Virus record (IMG/VR): IMGVR_UViG_3300020236_000094
Location: 1-36,810 of that record
Source: a virus
Taxonomy: Duplodnaviria > Caudoviricetes
Direction: 5' to 3' (one strand)
Length of the DNA: 36,810 nucleotides
In this document: in pieces, positions 1 to 6,774 of the stretch
Position numbering within the stretch: position 1 is the stretch's first letter
Layout: each line of letters opens with the position of its first letter
The notes under the pieces: generated by a model
What the model was told of the DNA's origin: nothing
Seen by the model: the letters and a program-made list of their open reading frames with translations, nothing else
Database searches by the model: none
Program-made: the position numbers and the translations under genes

Positions 1-175
1 TCCCCGACGGTAAAGCCCTCCGGCAGCGTGGTCCCGCTGAGATCGAGCGAGCCGCCCACGTCCCCGACGGTAAAGCCCTCCGGCAGCGTGGCACCGCTGA
101 GATCGAGCCAGCCACCCACCTCTCCGACGGTAAAGCCCTTCGGCAGCGTGGCACCGCTGAGATCGAGCGAGCCGG
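1..175. repeat. 60-bp tandem repeat, about 3 copies visible, coding
   Basis: Lines 1-60, 61-120 and 121-175 are near-identical and encode the 20-aa repeats. Confidence 0.95.
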
Positions 176-521
176 GGAAGCTCATATCTGTAATATAATT
201 TAGGGCAAAAAGTGCATCCGCCCCTGTGTAGATAATACACATTGCACGAGCAGCAATTTTGTCTTTACCGACAGATTTCCGCTCAGCTCCCGTCTCGACA
301 AACTCAACACGAGATCCATTTTTCGCAAAACCATAGCCGCCAGGCCCCTGCATAAAAAACCCACTACCATCATAGGTTTTCTTATTTGTCCAGTTTGGGC
401 ATTCGTTCCACTCCCCGATAGGTTTATGGACAAAGCCATCATGGCCTACACCGTTATTGCTGGTGCGCACCCCCCACAACCCGGAGTGTTTGAGTTCGTC
501 GAGCTTTTTGGTGTCTATCAT
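1..521 (-). CDS. Repeat-containing phage protein, runs off the left edge; N-terminal globular domain followed by 20-aa LRR-like repeats (GGxLDLSGxTLPEGFTVGxV)
   Basis: Not in the ORF track. Manual translation from ATG 521 (RBS AAGGGAGAG upstream) is open to position 1: MIDTKKLDELKHSGLWGVRTSNNG...MSFPGSLDLSGATLPKGFTVGEVGGWLDLSGATLPEGFTVGDVGGSLDLSGTTLPEGFTVG. Confidence 0.85.
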   Translation of the reverse strand, partial: MIDTKKLDELKHSGLWGVRTSNNGVGHDGFVHKPIGEWNECPNWTNKKTYDGSGFFMQGPGGYGFAKNGSRVEFVETGAERKSVGKDKIAARAMCIIYTGADALFALNYITDMSFPGSLDLSGATLPKGFTVGEVGGWLDLSGATLPEGFTVGDVGGSLDLSGTTLPEGFTVG

Positions 522-540
522 TGTTCTCTCCCTTGTGAGC

Positions 541-640
541 GGGTCAGCAGCAGCTGTCTAATTAACGGGGTATCGGTGATCATTAACTAGTCCCGTCCTC
601 CGCCAGGTCTCTATGCTCCTGGAGCACTGCTGCTAACCCT
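541..640 (-). ncRNA. Structured 5' leader of the leftward transcript (multibranch stem)
   Basis: 13-bp outer stem 627-639/541-553 with a G-U pair on the minus strand; inner stems 603-607/618-622 and 558-567/581-590; begins at the predicted TSS (~640). Confidence 0.55.
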
Positions 641-646
641 GAACAG

Positions 647-693
647 AGTAAAGCATAGCAAGCCTTGACTGTCAAGCCTTGGCGTGCTAATCT
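647..693. promoter_or_regulatory. Back-to-back divergent sigma70 promoters with overlapping -35 boxes and operator-like repeats
   Basis: Rightward TTGACT(665-670)-17-TAATCT(688-693); leftward TTGACA(675-670)-17-TTTACT(652-647); both have a TGn extended -10; CAAGCCTTG at 659-667 and 673-681. Confidence 0.8.
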
Positions 694-720
694 TTCCATG
701 AAAGCTGAAAAGGATTAATT

Positions 721-876
721 ATGGCAACAAAAGATGAGCTGAAAATCTGGGAAAAGCGCCGCCAGAAAATCGTCAAGCTACGCGATGAAGGTAAGACATG
801 GGCCGAGATAGGGCGAAAATTCTGTATCAGCAGGCAGAGAGCGCAGCAGCTATATGACGCTGAGGTAGGCAAATGA
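721..876 (+). CDS. Small HTH DNA-binding protein (Cro-like / sigma region-4-like)
   Basis: Manual translation MATKDELKIWEKRRQKIVKLRDEGKTWAEIGRKFCISRQRAQQLYDAEVGK; RBS AAGGA; first gene after the promoter. Confidence 0.85.
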   Translation: MATKDELKIWEKRRQKIVKLRDEGKTWAEIGRKFCISRQRAQQLYDAEVGK

Positions 877-1175
877 ACCACTACGACGCTGTACTCGGCG
901 CGCCCGATGAGCATGAAAGGAAAATAGCCCTGGATAAGCTGGTAGCAGAACTGACTGAGCCACTGGGGTTTGAGGAGTGGTGGCAAGATGGTGGTGGTGG
1001 AATCTACGGGAAAGAAGACGGCATAAAAGCCTACCAGGCTGGCCGTAACAGACAGCGCGAAGCAGACGCACGAACAATACTGGAATGGATAACACGGCAA
1101 ACAGCAACCGAATACCATGTACATGCTCCTATTGTGCGGCGCATAGCCAAGGCTATTCGTAACCAAGGGGAATGA
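873..1175 (+). CDS. Hypothetical protein
   Basis: ATGA overlap with upstream gene; GAGG RBS. Confidence 0.7.
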   Translation: MNHYDAVLGAPDEHERKIALDKLVAELTEPLGFEEWWQDGGGGIYGKEDGIKAYQAGRNRQREADARTILEWITRQTATEYHVHAPIVRRIAKAIRNQGE

Positions 1176-1176
1176 A

Positions 1177-1284
1177 ATGGATAGAACTACAACTATTATA
1201 ATCGGCATATTGCTGGCCGCCATTGCTGCATTCTGGATTTCAATTGGTTACGTTGCTGCTCACTTTCTTGTTAAGTATTGGTGA
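1177..1284 (+). CDS. Small single-TM membrane protein (35 aa)
   Basis: MDRTTTIIIGILLAAIAAFWISIGYVAAHFLVKYW; tightly packed between neighbours. Confidence 0.6.
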   Translation: MDRTTTIIIGILLAAIAAFWISIGYVAAHFLVKYW

Positions 1285-1394
1285 TGCGCTGGCTACATAT
1301 ACAAGGATTCAGAATCGCCGTCTATTACGGGCTGAACCACAGTTTCAAGTGGCGAGCGGCTAATCAGTGGTGGCGGAAATCAGGAGAGAAATGA
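1284..1394 (+). CDS. Small hypothetical protein (36 aa)
   Basis: TGATG and ATGA overlaps at both ends; MRWLHIQGFRIAVYYG... Confidence 0.4.
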   Translation: MRWLHIQGFRIAVYYGLNHSFKWRAANQWWRKSGEK

Positions 1395-1579
1395 CTAACA
1401 CCTGCAAAGACTGTAAATACTTTCGGCCCATGAGAGATAATCCTGAATCATGGGGCGCCTGTGAATGGTACAAGCATAATAATGTAATAAAAATCCCCGT
1501 CTGGTCAAACATCATAAAGTCATACGGATCAATCAGTCCTAACTGTACGGACTGTGAAGTATTTGAAAGCAAGGTTTAA
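1391..1579 (+). CDS. Small Cys-rich protein (CxxC...C...CxxC)
   Basis: AGGAG RBS before ATG 1391; CKDCKYF, GAC and CTDC motifs. Confidence 0.7.
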   Translation: MTNTCKDCKYFRPMRDNPESWGACEWYKHNNVIKIPVWSNIIKSYGSISPNCTDCEVFESKV

Positions 1580-1599
1580 TTAATTGTGTAGGAGGAAGC

Positions 1600-1818
1600 A
1601 TGGAATTAAATTCTGAACATAAAGCAATAATTGATCACACGATCTATCGTGCAGCTAATAACCTGTACTGTGGTGGCGGAAAGCATATGGATGAGCTGTG
1701 TGACGCTGGTTACATGGAGTTCGCAGGAAAGACAGGGCTTTGTCCTGACCCTTACTATCGTGTCACAGCAGCAGGCAGAAAAGCCGTAAGAGTGGAGCCA
1801 ACTCCAGATGAAGACTAA
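1600..1818 (+). CDS. Hypothetical protein, possible winged-helix fold
   Basis: AGGAGG RBS; LCDAGYME...YRVTAAGRKA resembles a wHTH C-terminus. Confidence 0.7.
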   Translation: MELNSEHKAIIDHTIYRAANNLYCGGGKHMDELCDAGYMEFAGKTGLCPDPYYRVTAAGRKAVRVEPTPDED

Positions 1819-2008
1819 AGATTTAGAGCATTTAAAAATGCTGGCAGAGATTAACTTTATGGGCGCTTGTATGTGGGCTGGAGATAATGTCGAGGATCTG
1901 TCAGAATTCTTTGATACATGGGCCTCTCACTGCGGAGCGTCCAGAGCTACCTTCATCGGCCATACTGTGCGGATGCTTGTTGGAGCCAGCTCAAGATCAG
2001 AGTTATGA
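1808..2008 (+). CDS. Hypothetical protein
   Basis: ORF track; overlaps both neighbours; GGAG upstream. Confidence 0.6.
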   Translation: MKTKDLEHLKMLAEINFMGACMWAGDNVEDLSEFFDTWASHCGASRATFIGHTVRMLVGASSRSEL

Positions 2009-2508
2009 CTAAAACAATCAGAAACCAGCGCCGAGCTTTGAAAAAAGAAAACGATAAACCTCTAAACAAGCTACGGCTCGTCCATTATGGGGCGCCAAGG
2101 TATGAACCGAGTCGGTTTAAGCCTGTTTCAGATGTCCCTTTCAGGAATAAACCGATGGGCGGGCTGTGGACCTCTCCTGTTGGCTCATCATACGGATGGA
2201 AAGAATGGTGCAAGGCCGAAGCCTACTCAGAATGTTCTCAATCTTTCGAGCTTGATTTTTTCGGTTCTATTTTGACGATTGACAGCTTAGAAGACATGAC
2301 CTCCTTACCGTGGATCGAAGTAGACGGAATGCACTTTATAAGTTTTCAAGCCATGTGTGCTCTTGGGTTTGCTTACGACGCAATACATTTGACTATTCAG
2401 GGCGAGTCAACTACAAGCTTCTCGCTCCCTAAATCACTGTATGGCTGGGGCTGCGAAACCGTTTTTGTCATGAACCCGGAGTCTATATCCGCAAGGTTGG
2501 AGCCATGA
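2005..2508 (+). CDS. Conserved phage hypothetical protein (HYG...KPxGGLWTSP...WC...YDAIHLT...LYGWxCE), possible ADP-ribosyltransferase-like fold
   Basis: Start trimmed to ATG 2005 (ATGA overlap); fold is inferred from motif pattern only. Confidence 0.7.
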   Translation: MTKTIRNQRRALKKENDKPLNKLRLVHYGAPRYEPSRFKPVSDVPFRNKPMGGLWTSPVGSSYGWKEWCKAEAYSECSQSFELDFFGSILTIDSLEDMTSLPWIEVDGMHFISFQAMCALGFAYDAIHLTIQGESTTSFSLPKSLYGWGCETVFVMNPESISARLEP

Positions 2509-2689
2509 TATCGGTATATGCACTACGATTTAATGTTGAGCAAGTCAAGGCGACGTAGGCCATATCTGCGATGACCGCAGAAAGGGATAACCTGTACATG
2601 CCAAAAATGTACGCCAGACTCTAGTAACTGGCCTAAACATGAAAAGGTTGGAGCCAACTCCAGGTTGAACCCATGATAAAGGGGGTCAG

Positions 2690-2718
2690 TTGACATGGTA
2701 TCCGAAATATCTCATAGT
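2690..2718 (+). promoter_or_regulatory. sigma70-like promoter upstream of the structured RNA
   Basis: TTGACA(2690-2695)-17-CATAGT(2713-2718). Confidence 0.6.
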
Positions 2719-2720
2719 CC

Positions 2721-3170
2721 CAGACAGCGAAAAGGCCCAATCCTTTGCGGAATGAGCCTTCAGCCGGAAGCAATGCTTCCTGAATCGGTTAGCTCTAGCG
2801 GGCACCGAGGTGAACAAAGTATAGGGCACTCAAACCCTATAATCAACCTCAAAAATACAGTCCGCTATAAATTTAACGATTCCGCTGTCGGGAAAGCCAA
2901 CGGTAGAGCGTATCTATGTGGACAATACTATGCGTCAAGAGTTTGACTTGATCACACAATTTACTGGCAATGGTGCGGCGATTGAGCCAAGCCGAACATA
3001 AACACTCGTTAACAGCGGGGCGCACAAGGGATGTGCCGGGGTTTGGGCTGATACCTCCGAGTTGATTACGTGGTCAACCAATCAGTCGAGTGCAATAGCA
3101 TCGCCAGCAATACAGGCCACAGCCTATATGAGCCCCTACCGTGGAACGGCTCATTAGTCGTAGGTGTCTG
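2721..3170 (+). ncRNA. Large (~450 nt) highly structured non-coding RNA candidate
   Basis: More than 12 nested stems, complementary ends CAGACA/TGTCTG, G-U pairs favouring the + strand, own promoter, no convincing ORF. Confidence 0.65.
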
Positions 3171-3192
3171 ACATAAAAGTGAGGATAAGCAT

Positions 3193-3405
3193 ATGACAGG
3201 ACTATGGAACCCAAGCAAAGTAGTCAGATCAGATATTAATCGTGGAGACAGAAAGGAAAAAATAGGTCGATTAAAGAAGGCAAAGGAAATTATTGCCATT
3301 CCGTGCCCTGCTTGCGATAGCCCGGTTTATTACAATGCTGGGACTGGTAAGTATTTGACGCTATCAGGATCAGAGCATAAATGCGTTGGATTGCTGTATG
3401 AGTAA
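3193..3405 (+). CDS. Small Zn-finger protein (CPAC...HKC)
   Basis: GAGG RBS; CxxC and HxC. Confidence 0.7.
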   Translation: MTGLWNPSKVVRSDINRGDRKEKIGRLKKAKEIIAIPCPACDSPVYYNAGTGKYLTLSGSEHKCVGLLYE

Positions 3406-3456
3406 GTTATTCAAACCTTTGAATGCAGTCTGTAAAAAATGTGAGGGAAGGATAAA

Positions 3457-3879
3457 ATGACTAAATTCCCTTTCACAGACGACCGTTGCCGAAAACTCTA
3501 CGAATTGGCCCGCCCCGTTGGTGATTATCACGCCTTCGCATGGAGGGAATCCCCGAATACTCTGCAAAATCATTGGGGAAAGGCAACAAAGGGAAAGTCT
3601 GAATCTGAAAAAGACGAATTATTAAGGCTCTGTCTGGCTGCTGGTGTTTTGCAGTCCAAGTACCGAATTGACGATGAACGACGCGGGAACCGGCTGAACA
3701 GACCGAAGGGGATAGCGCCCTGGTTTGCTGCTGGCGATTATTACAAAGAGCTTATCGGGCCAAAGGATGAAAAGGAAAGGACAATCCGTAACACCTGTAC
3801 GTTTAACGGCTGCGATGAAGACGTACATGGTCCACGGTTCGACTTATGCAGCGACCACCTTGCGAGGACGTATAGATGA
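3457..3879 (+). CDS. Putative replication-initiator C-terminal-like domain with C-terminal Zn finger
   Basis: Helical domain ending RPKGIAPWFAAGDYYKE resembles the PxTWLNxxxY motif of phage initiator C-termini; CTFNGC...CSDH; position in the early-right operon. Confidence 0.5.
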   Translation: MTKFPFTDDRCRKLYELARPVGDYHAFAWRESPNTLQNHWGKATKGKSESEKDELLRLCLAAGVLQSKYRIDDERRGNRLNRPKGIAPWFAAGDYYKELIGPKDEKERTIRNTCTFNGCDEDVHGPRFDLCSDHLARTYR

Positions 3880-4097
3880 AGGCATACCCGTACAAAACCA
3901 AAGATGGATATTGTTCAATTTTGGAAGCTGTTGATAAAGAAGATGCTTGCAATCATTTGCCAGTAGGTACTGTATTCTGTGAGATTCAGATTGAGCCATT
4001 AGATTTAATGACAAAATATGGTAACGATATAGAAAGGCATGTTGAAGGTTATCTTACTAGATATAATGAAATCATAACAGTTGGGACTAATGGATAA
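3876..4097 (+). CDS. Hypothetical protein
   Basis: ATGA overlap; GAGG RBS. Confidence 0.65.
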   Translation: MKAYPYKTKDGYCSILEAVDKEDACNHLPVGTVFCEIQIEPLDLMTKYGNDIERHVEGYLTRYNEIITVGTNG

Positions 4098-4185
4098 GCC
4101 CATCAAAATACCCTGCCCCCGCTGTAATAAGGCGATGGTTATTCTGGGCAGGCGGTGTAAATTTTGTTTGTGGAGGGATGAATGA
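4090..4185 (+). CDS. 31-aa Zn-ribbon protein
   Basis: MDKPIKIPCPRCNKAMVILGRRCKFCLWRDE; overlaps both neighbours. Confidence 0.55.
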   Translation: MDKPIKIPCPRCNKAMVILGRRCKFCLWRDE

Positions 4186-4340
4186 TTTGCGTAGAAGGAA
4201 AGATAATCATCGGAGAATACGTCATTGAGGAAAAGGATGACGATACTGTCTGGATTTCCCAGCTGGACGGTGAAGGTGGAGCCTTTGATGCGAAGGCACT
4301 TGAGTCAGTTATTGAACGGTTTTACTTGGATCATTTCTGA
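4182..4340 (+). CDS. Small acidic hypothetical protein (52 aa)
   Basis: GGAGG RBS; ATGA overlap; MICVEGKIIIGEYVIEEKDDDTVWISQLDGEGGAF... Confidence 0.7.
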   Translation: MICVEGKIIIGEYVIEEKDDDTVWISQLDGEGGAFDAKALESVIERFYLDHF

Positions 4341-4645
4341 TGAGCCAGCCCCGGCGCGCAAAGAAGATTGATAAATCCCAGATAGGGATAGTGGGGACGC
4401 TACGAGGTTATCCAGGGATCTCTGTAAAGCTGGACGTAGACGATATTTTGGTAGGCTATAACATGCAGAATTATCTTTTCGAGATAAAGAACCCTGATGC
4501 AATAAGCAAAAAAACGGGGTTATTACTCGAATCAAAAAAGACGAAATCGCAGAAGCGGCTGGACAGGACATGGACCGGACATCGAGGCTATGCAACCTGC
4601 GTTAAAGATATTTTGCAGGCTATTGGGTATCGGCGCAAAACTTGA
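4340..4645 (+). CDS. PD-(D/E)xK nuclease (VRR-NUC / Holliday-junction-resolvase-like)
   Basis: RAKKIDxSQxxIVxxLR...DILVGY...LFEIK...SQ pattern. Confidence 0.75.
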   Translation: MSQPRRAKKIDKSQIGIVGTLRGYPGISVKLDVDDILVGYNMQNYLFEIKNPDAISKKTGLLLESKKTKSQKRLDRTWTGHRGYATCVKDILQAIGYRRKT

Positions 4646-4691
4646 GGTAATTGTTATGAAAAACTTAAACAAAACCGCGTTGCTTTTGGCT

Positions 4692-4999
4692 GGTCAGTTT
4701 GACCGCCTTGTTATATTTTTTATTAATTTAGGTGAGCGATATGGAAGAAAGAACCGGAACAATTAAAAGCTATATTGAAGCGCCAAGGTGGGCTGCATTT
4801 CCTGAGTTTCTAAGGAACAGGTGTTTTGTTCTTGGGCTTGATTTAGAGCTTGATATAGATAAAGGATGGATTAGAGAAACGGTGAGATTTAAAATTGAAG
4901 GGAAAGAGTCGGTATTAAGACAATTTATTAGAGAGCTTGATGCAAGCATGAAAGATTACAACGAAATATAACAGTGATATATACAGAAAGCCGTGTATC
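4692..4999 (-). mobile_element. Integron-like unit 1: attI-like site (4999-4964), cassette with inverted gene, truncated attC left arm (4716-4692)
   Basis: Cores GTTATATTT(4710-4718)/AAATATAAC(4964-4972) are perfectly complementary; minus strand reads ATATAAC AAGGC GGTCAAAC TGACC. Confidence 0.65.
4741..4971 (+). CDS. Cassette-borne hypothetical protein
   Basis: AGGTGAG RBS; stop TAA lies inside the ATATAAC core. Confidence 0.75.
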   Translation: MEERTGTIKSYIEAPRWAAFPEFLRNRCFVLGLDLELDIDKGWIRETVRFKIEGKESVLRQFIRELDASMKDYNEI

Positions 5000-5153
5000 A
5001 ACCTACTGAGGGAGTCTCCATCTGATAGATGGGTGAAGGTTCGTACCGCAACGGCATGCTCTCGCACCCGGAAATCAGCATAACGATAACAGCCACGACG
5101 ACGGCGAAGACGAAGGGCAGAAGTCGGGCGGCAAGTTCAGTCGGGGGCAACAT
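4998..5153 (-). CDS. Small lipoprotein (51 aa) at the end of the lysis cassette
   Basis: Manual translation MLPPTELAARLLPFVFAVVVAVIVMLISG-CESMPLRYEPSPIYQMETPSVG; lipobox ISGC. Confidence 0.55.
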   Translation of the reverse strand: MLPPTELAARLLPFVFAVVVAVIVMLISGCESMPLRYEPSPIYQMETPSVG

Positions 5154-5388
5154 CGCCTAAAGATTTCCTGAACGCTTCTTTATCGTAATTACACGATGCC
5201 AGCGCCTTCACAGTCTGCCTGCACCAACCCACTAACTCCCCACTGTTTGCCGGCATCCAGCCAGGCGGCAGCGTCGGAGCCAGTAGTTGCTCAGGGTACG
5301 TTCTTTCGATCTTTACCGGCGTTTGGGAACAGCTGATCAAAAACACACTGAGGCAAAGGGCGGTCAGCCCACATTTTACAGTCTTCAT
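5137..5388 (-). CDS. rz1: Outer-membrane spanin (Rz1-like lipoprotein)
   Basis: Lipobox LISC, Pro-rich segment, ALASCNYDK; overlaps the i-spanin 3' end in another frame. Confidence 0.85.
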   Translation of the reverse strand: MKTVKCGLTALCLSVFLISCSQTPVKIERTYPEQLLAPTLPPGWMPANSGELVGWCRQTVKALASCNYDKEAFRKSLGDVAPD

Positions 5389-5644
5389 CGGATTTCAGCC
5401 TCGCTTGCCATCGTTGCTGCCATTGCTGTGCGGCCTGTTGCGCGGCTACACGCTCCCGTTCACGCTGTGCCAATATCCCGGCCTGTCGCTTGATCTCAGC
5501 TGTCTGGTCAGCCAGAGCAAGCCGGTAGCTGTCCCGCTCTGACTTTGCCTGTGCCTCGCCCTGCCATGCGCTCTTGAGCAGGTATCCGGTGCTGGTCAGC
5601 AAGAGGGCCAGTATACCGATGGCAGCGAGCAGGTAGCGGGTCAT
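5291..5644 (-). CDS. rz: Inner-membrane spanin (Rz-like)
   Basis: N-terminal TM, coiled coil, C-terminal CKMWADRPLPQCV. Confidence 0.85.
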   Translation of the reverse strand: MTRYLLAAIGILALLLTSTGYLLKSAWQGEAQAKSERDSYRLALADQTAEIKRQAGILAQRERERVAAQQAAQQWQQRWQARLKSDEDCKMWADRPLPQCVFDQLFPNAGKDRKNVP

Positions 5645-5856
5645 TTACTCGACCCTTTGACGTAGGACTGCAAATCCTTAGCAACACCCAGCACCAGACT
5701 GATTACAGTGACGAGCCAGACCAGATCAGATATGTCAGATAACTCAGTCTTTCCGTCTGACATCATCTGCGTGATGGCGCCCAGGAGGGCCGATGCGGCG
5801 GTTATCAGCCCGGCCATCAGCGCCGATATAATGTGCAGTCTTACTCTTTGCAACAC
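5641..5856 (-). CDS. Putative holin (2 TM)
   Basis: Two hydrophobic helices and a basic C-terminus; between endolysin and spanins. Confidence 0.6.
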   Translation of the reverse strand: MLQRVRLHIISALMAGLITAASALLGAITQMMSDGKTELSDISDLVWLVTVISLVLGVAKDLQSYVKGSSK

Positions 5857-5907
5857 GTTTCAGTTTCTCCCGTGCATCGATTGGTGCTCCATCCAGCATT
5901 AGCCGCA

Positions 5908-6321
5908 CTATTCAATCCACAGTGAGGGCGCAGCCGGAACCCCGCCCTGAACGCGCTGGCCATTCACCACGGTAAAATTTACAGGATCGCCCTTATCGCC
6001 CTCGCCGTAACCATTGGTCGATGTGGCTATACAGGTCCACTGGCCATCTGCCATGGGCACATCGACAAAATCAATCTGCGCTTCCTTATTCTGTACACCA
6101 ACAACATCGAATTGAAATGTAGTTGTCAGCTCATTGGGTCCGCAGTACATGGTAAATTTGAAAACAGTGTTACCAGGATCATCAATACATTGTTGCGCAG
6201 TACAGATAGACTCATCACGCAAGTGGAAATGTGATTGTGTTGTTGGATCGGCTAACGTTACGATCAATGGAAATAGCAGCAGCAGTGCTATCAATGCTCT
6301 TGCCTTGTAAGTAGCATCCAT
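5908..6321 (-). CDS. Secreted fibronectin-III-like beta-sandwich protein
   Basis: Signal peptide; DGQWTCIATSTNGYGEGDKGDPV...PAAPSL is FN3-like. Confidence 0.6.
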   Translation of the reverse strand: MDATYKARALIALLLLFPLIVTLADPTTQSHFHLRDESICTAQQCIDDPGNTVFKFTMYCGPNELTTTFQFDVVGVQNKEAQIDFVDVPMADGQWTCIATSTNGYGEGDKGDPVNFTVVNGQRVQGGVPAAPSLWIE

Positions 6322-6326
6322 GGTTA

Positions 6327-6773
6327 TTATGGATCTTCAAAATGAACAAGATCGTCGAAGGTCTGATCTGACAGATCATGGTCCCGGTCCCAGTCCCCGC
6401 CCCAACGTACCGGAATGCCCTCGGAAAAGGCAACTCCCTGTACATAACCAGCATAATGATAGAACTGTGCCAGGTCTTTAATGTAGCTATTTCGTTGATC
6501 CTTATTATTCCAATCATCAGGCGTTTTCGGCCACGGAATCCCACGTCCAGATAGGTACGGGGCAGAATCTATAGCACGGGAGGGGCTTTCATTATGCTTC
6601 CCCTGCTTTACCTTACTGCGCTTTTCATTGAACAAGGAAAGCTGTTCTTCGGAGGATCGCCATCCTTGAAGAATAGTATTGTCATACTCCTGAATAACTT
6701 TATTAAACAGTCGCTGGAAACGGTCAATTGCAGTATCAAGTTTCCCAGCAGAACTTTGGCTAAAGCTTGGCAT
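6327..6773 (-). CDS. Endolysin, peptidase M15 family (L-Ala-D-Glu peptidase-like)
   Basis: GWRSSEEQ, GKHN, AID, RWGGDWD and DLVHFE Zn-peptidase motifs. Confidence 0.9.
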   Translation of the reverse strand: MPSFSQSSAGKLDTAIDRFQRLFNKVIQEYDNTILQGWRSSEEQLSLFNEKRSKVKQGKHNESPSRAIDSAPYLSGRGIPWPKTPDDWNNKDQRNSYIKDLAQFYHYAGYVQGVAFSEGIPVRWGGDWDRDHDLSDQTFDDLVHFEDP

Positions 6774-6774
6774 T

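Larger units (their letters stand above)
1792..2678 (+). repeat. Dispersed gene-junction motif (G)TGGAGCCA(A/G)CTC(C/A)AG, 4 copies plus a variant
   Basis: 1792-1807, 1979-1995, 2493-2508 (partial), 2644-2663; variant GTTGAACCCATGATA at 2664-2678. Confidence 0.7.

Noticed and set aside
1-175. 60-bp repeats (and the 18-bp repeats at 29373-29490) as CRISPR arrays
   Set aside because: No unique spacers; unit lengths are multiples of 3 and lie in open frames; no cas genes
200-1223. ORF-track entries 200-442(-), 687-1223(-) and 850-1107(-)
   Set aside because: Shadow frames of better-supported genes with RBSs (1-521, 721-876, 873-1175)
2002-2493. Gene 2005-2508 as another attC cassette (GTTATGAC ... 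GTCATGAAC ... TATATCCGCAA)
   Set aside because: Cores are imperfect, no attC arm is present, and the match is explained by the coding sequence VMNP
2695-2946. 83-aa ORF over the structured region
   Set aside because: Its start lies inside the predicted promoter, it has no recognisable motif, and the region is better explained by base pairing; not formally excluded
2973-3170. Group II intron (GTGCG at 2973; GAGCC...ACGGCTC hairpin at 3130)
   Set aside because: Only ~200 nt apart; the hairpin is too short for domain V and lacks the GNRA loop; no interrupted gene or maturase
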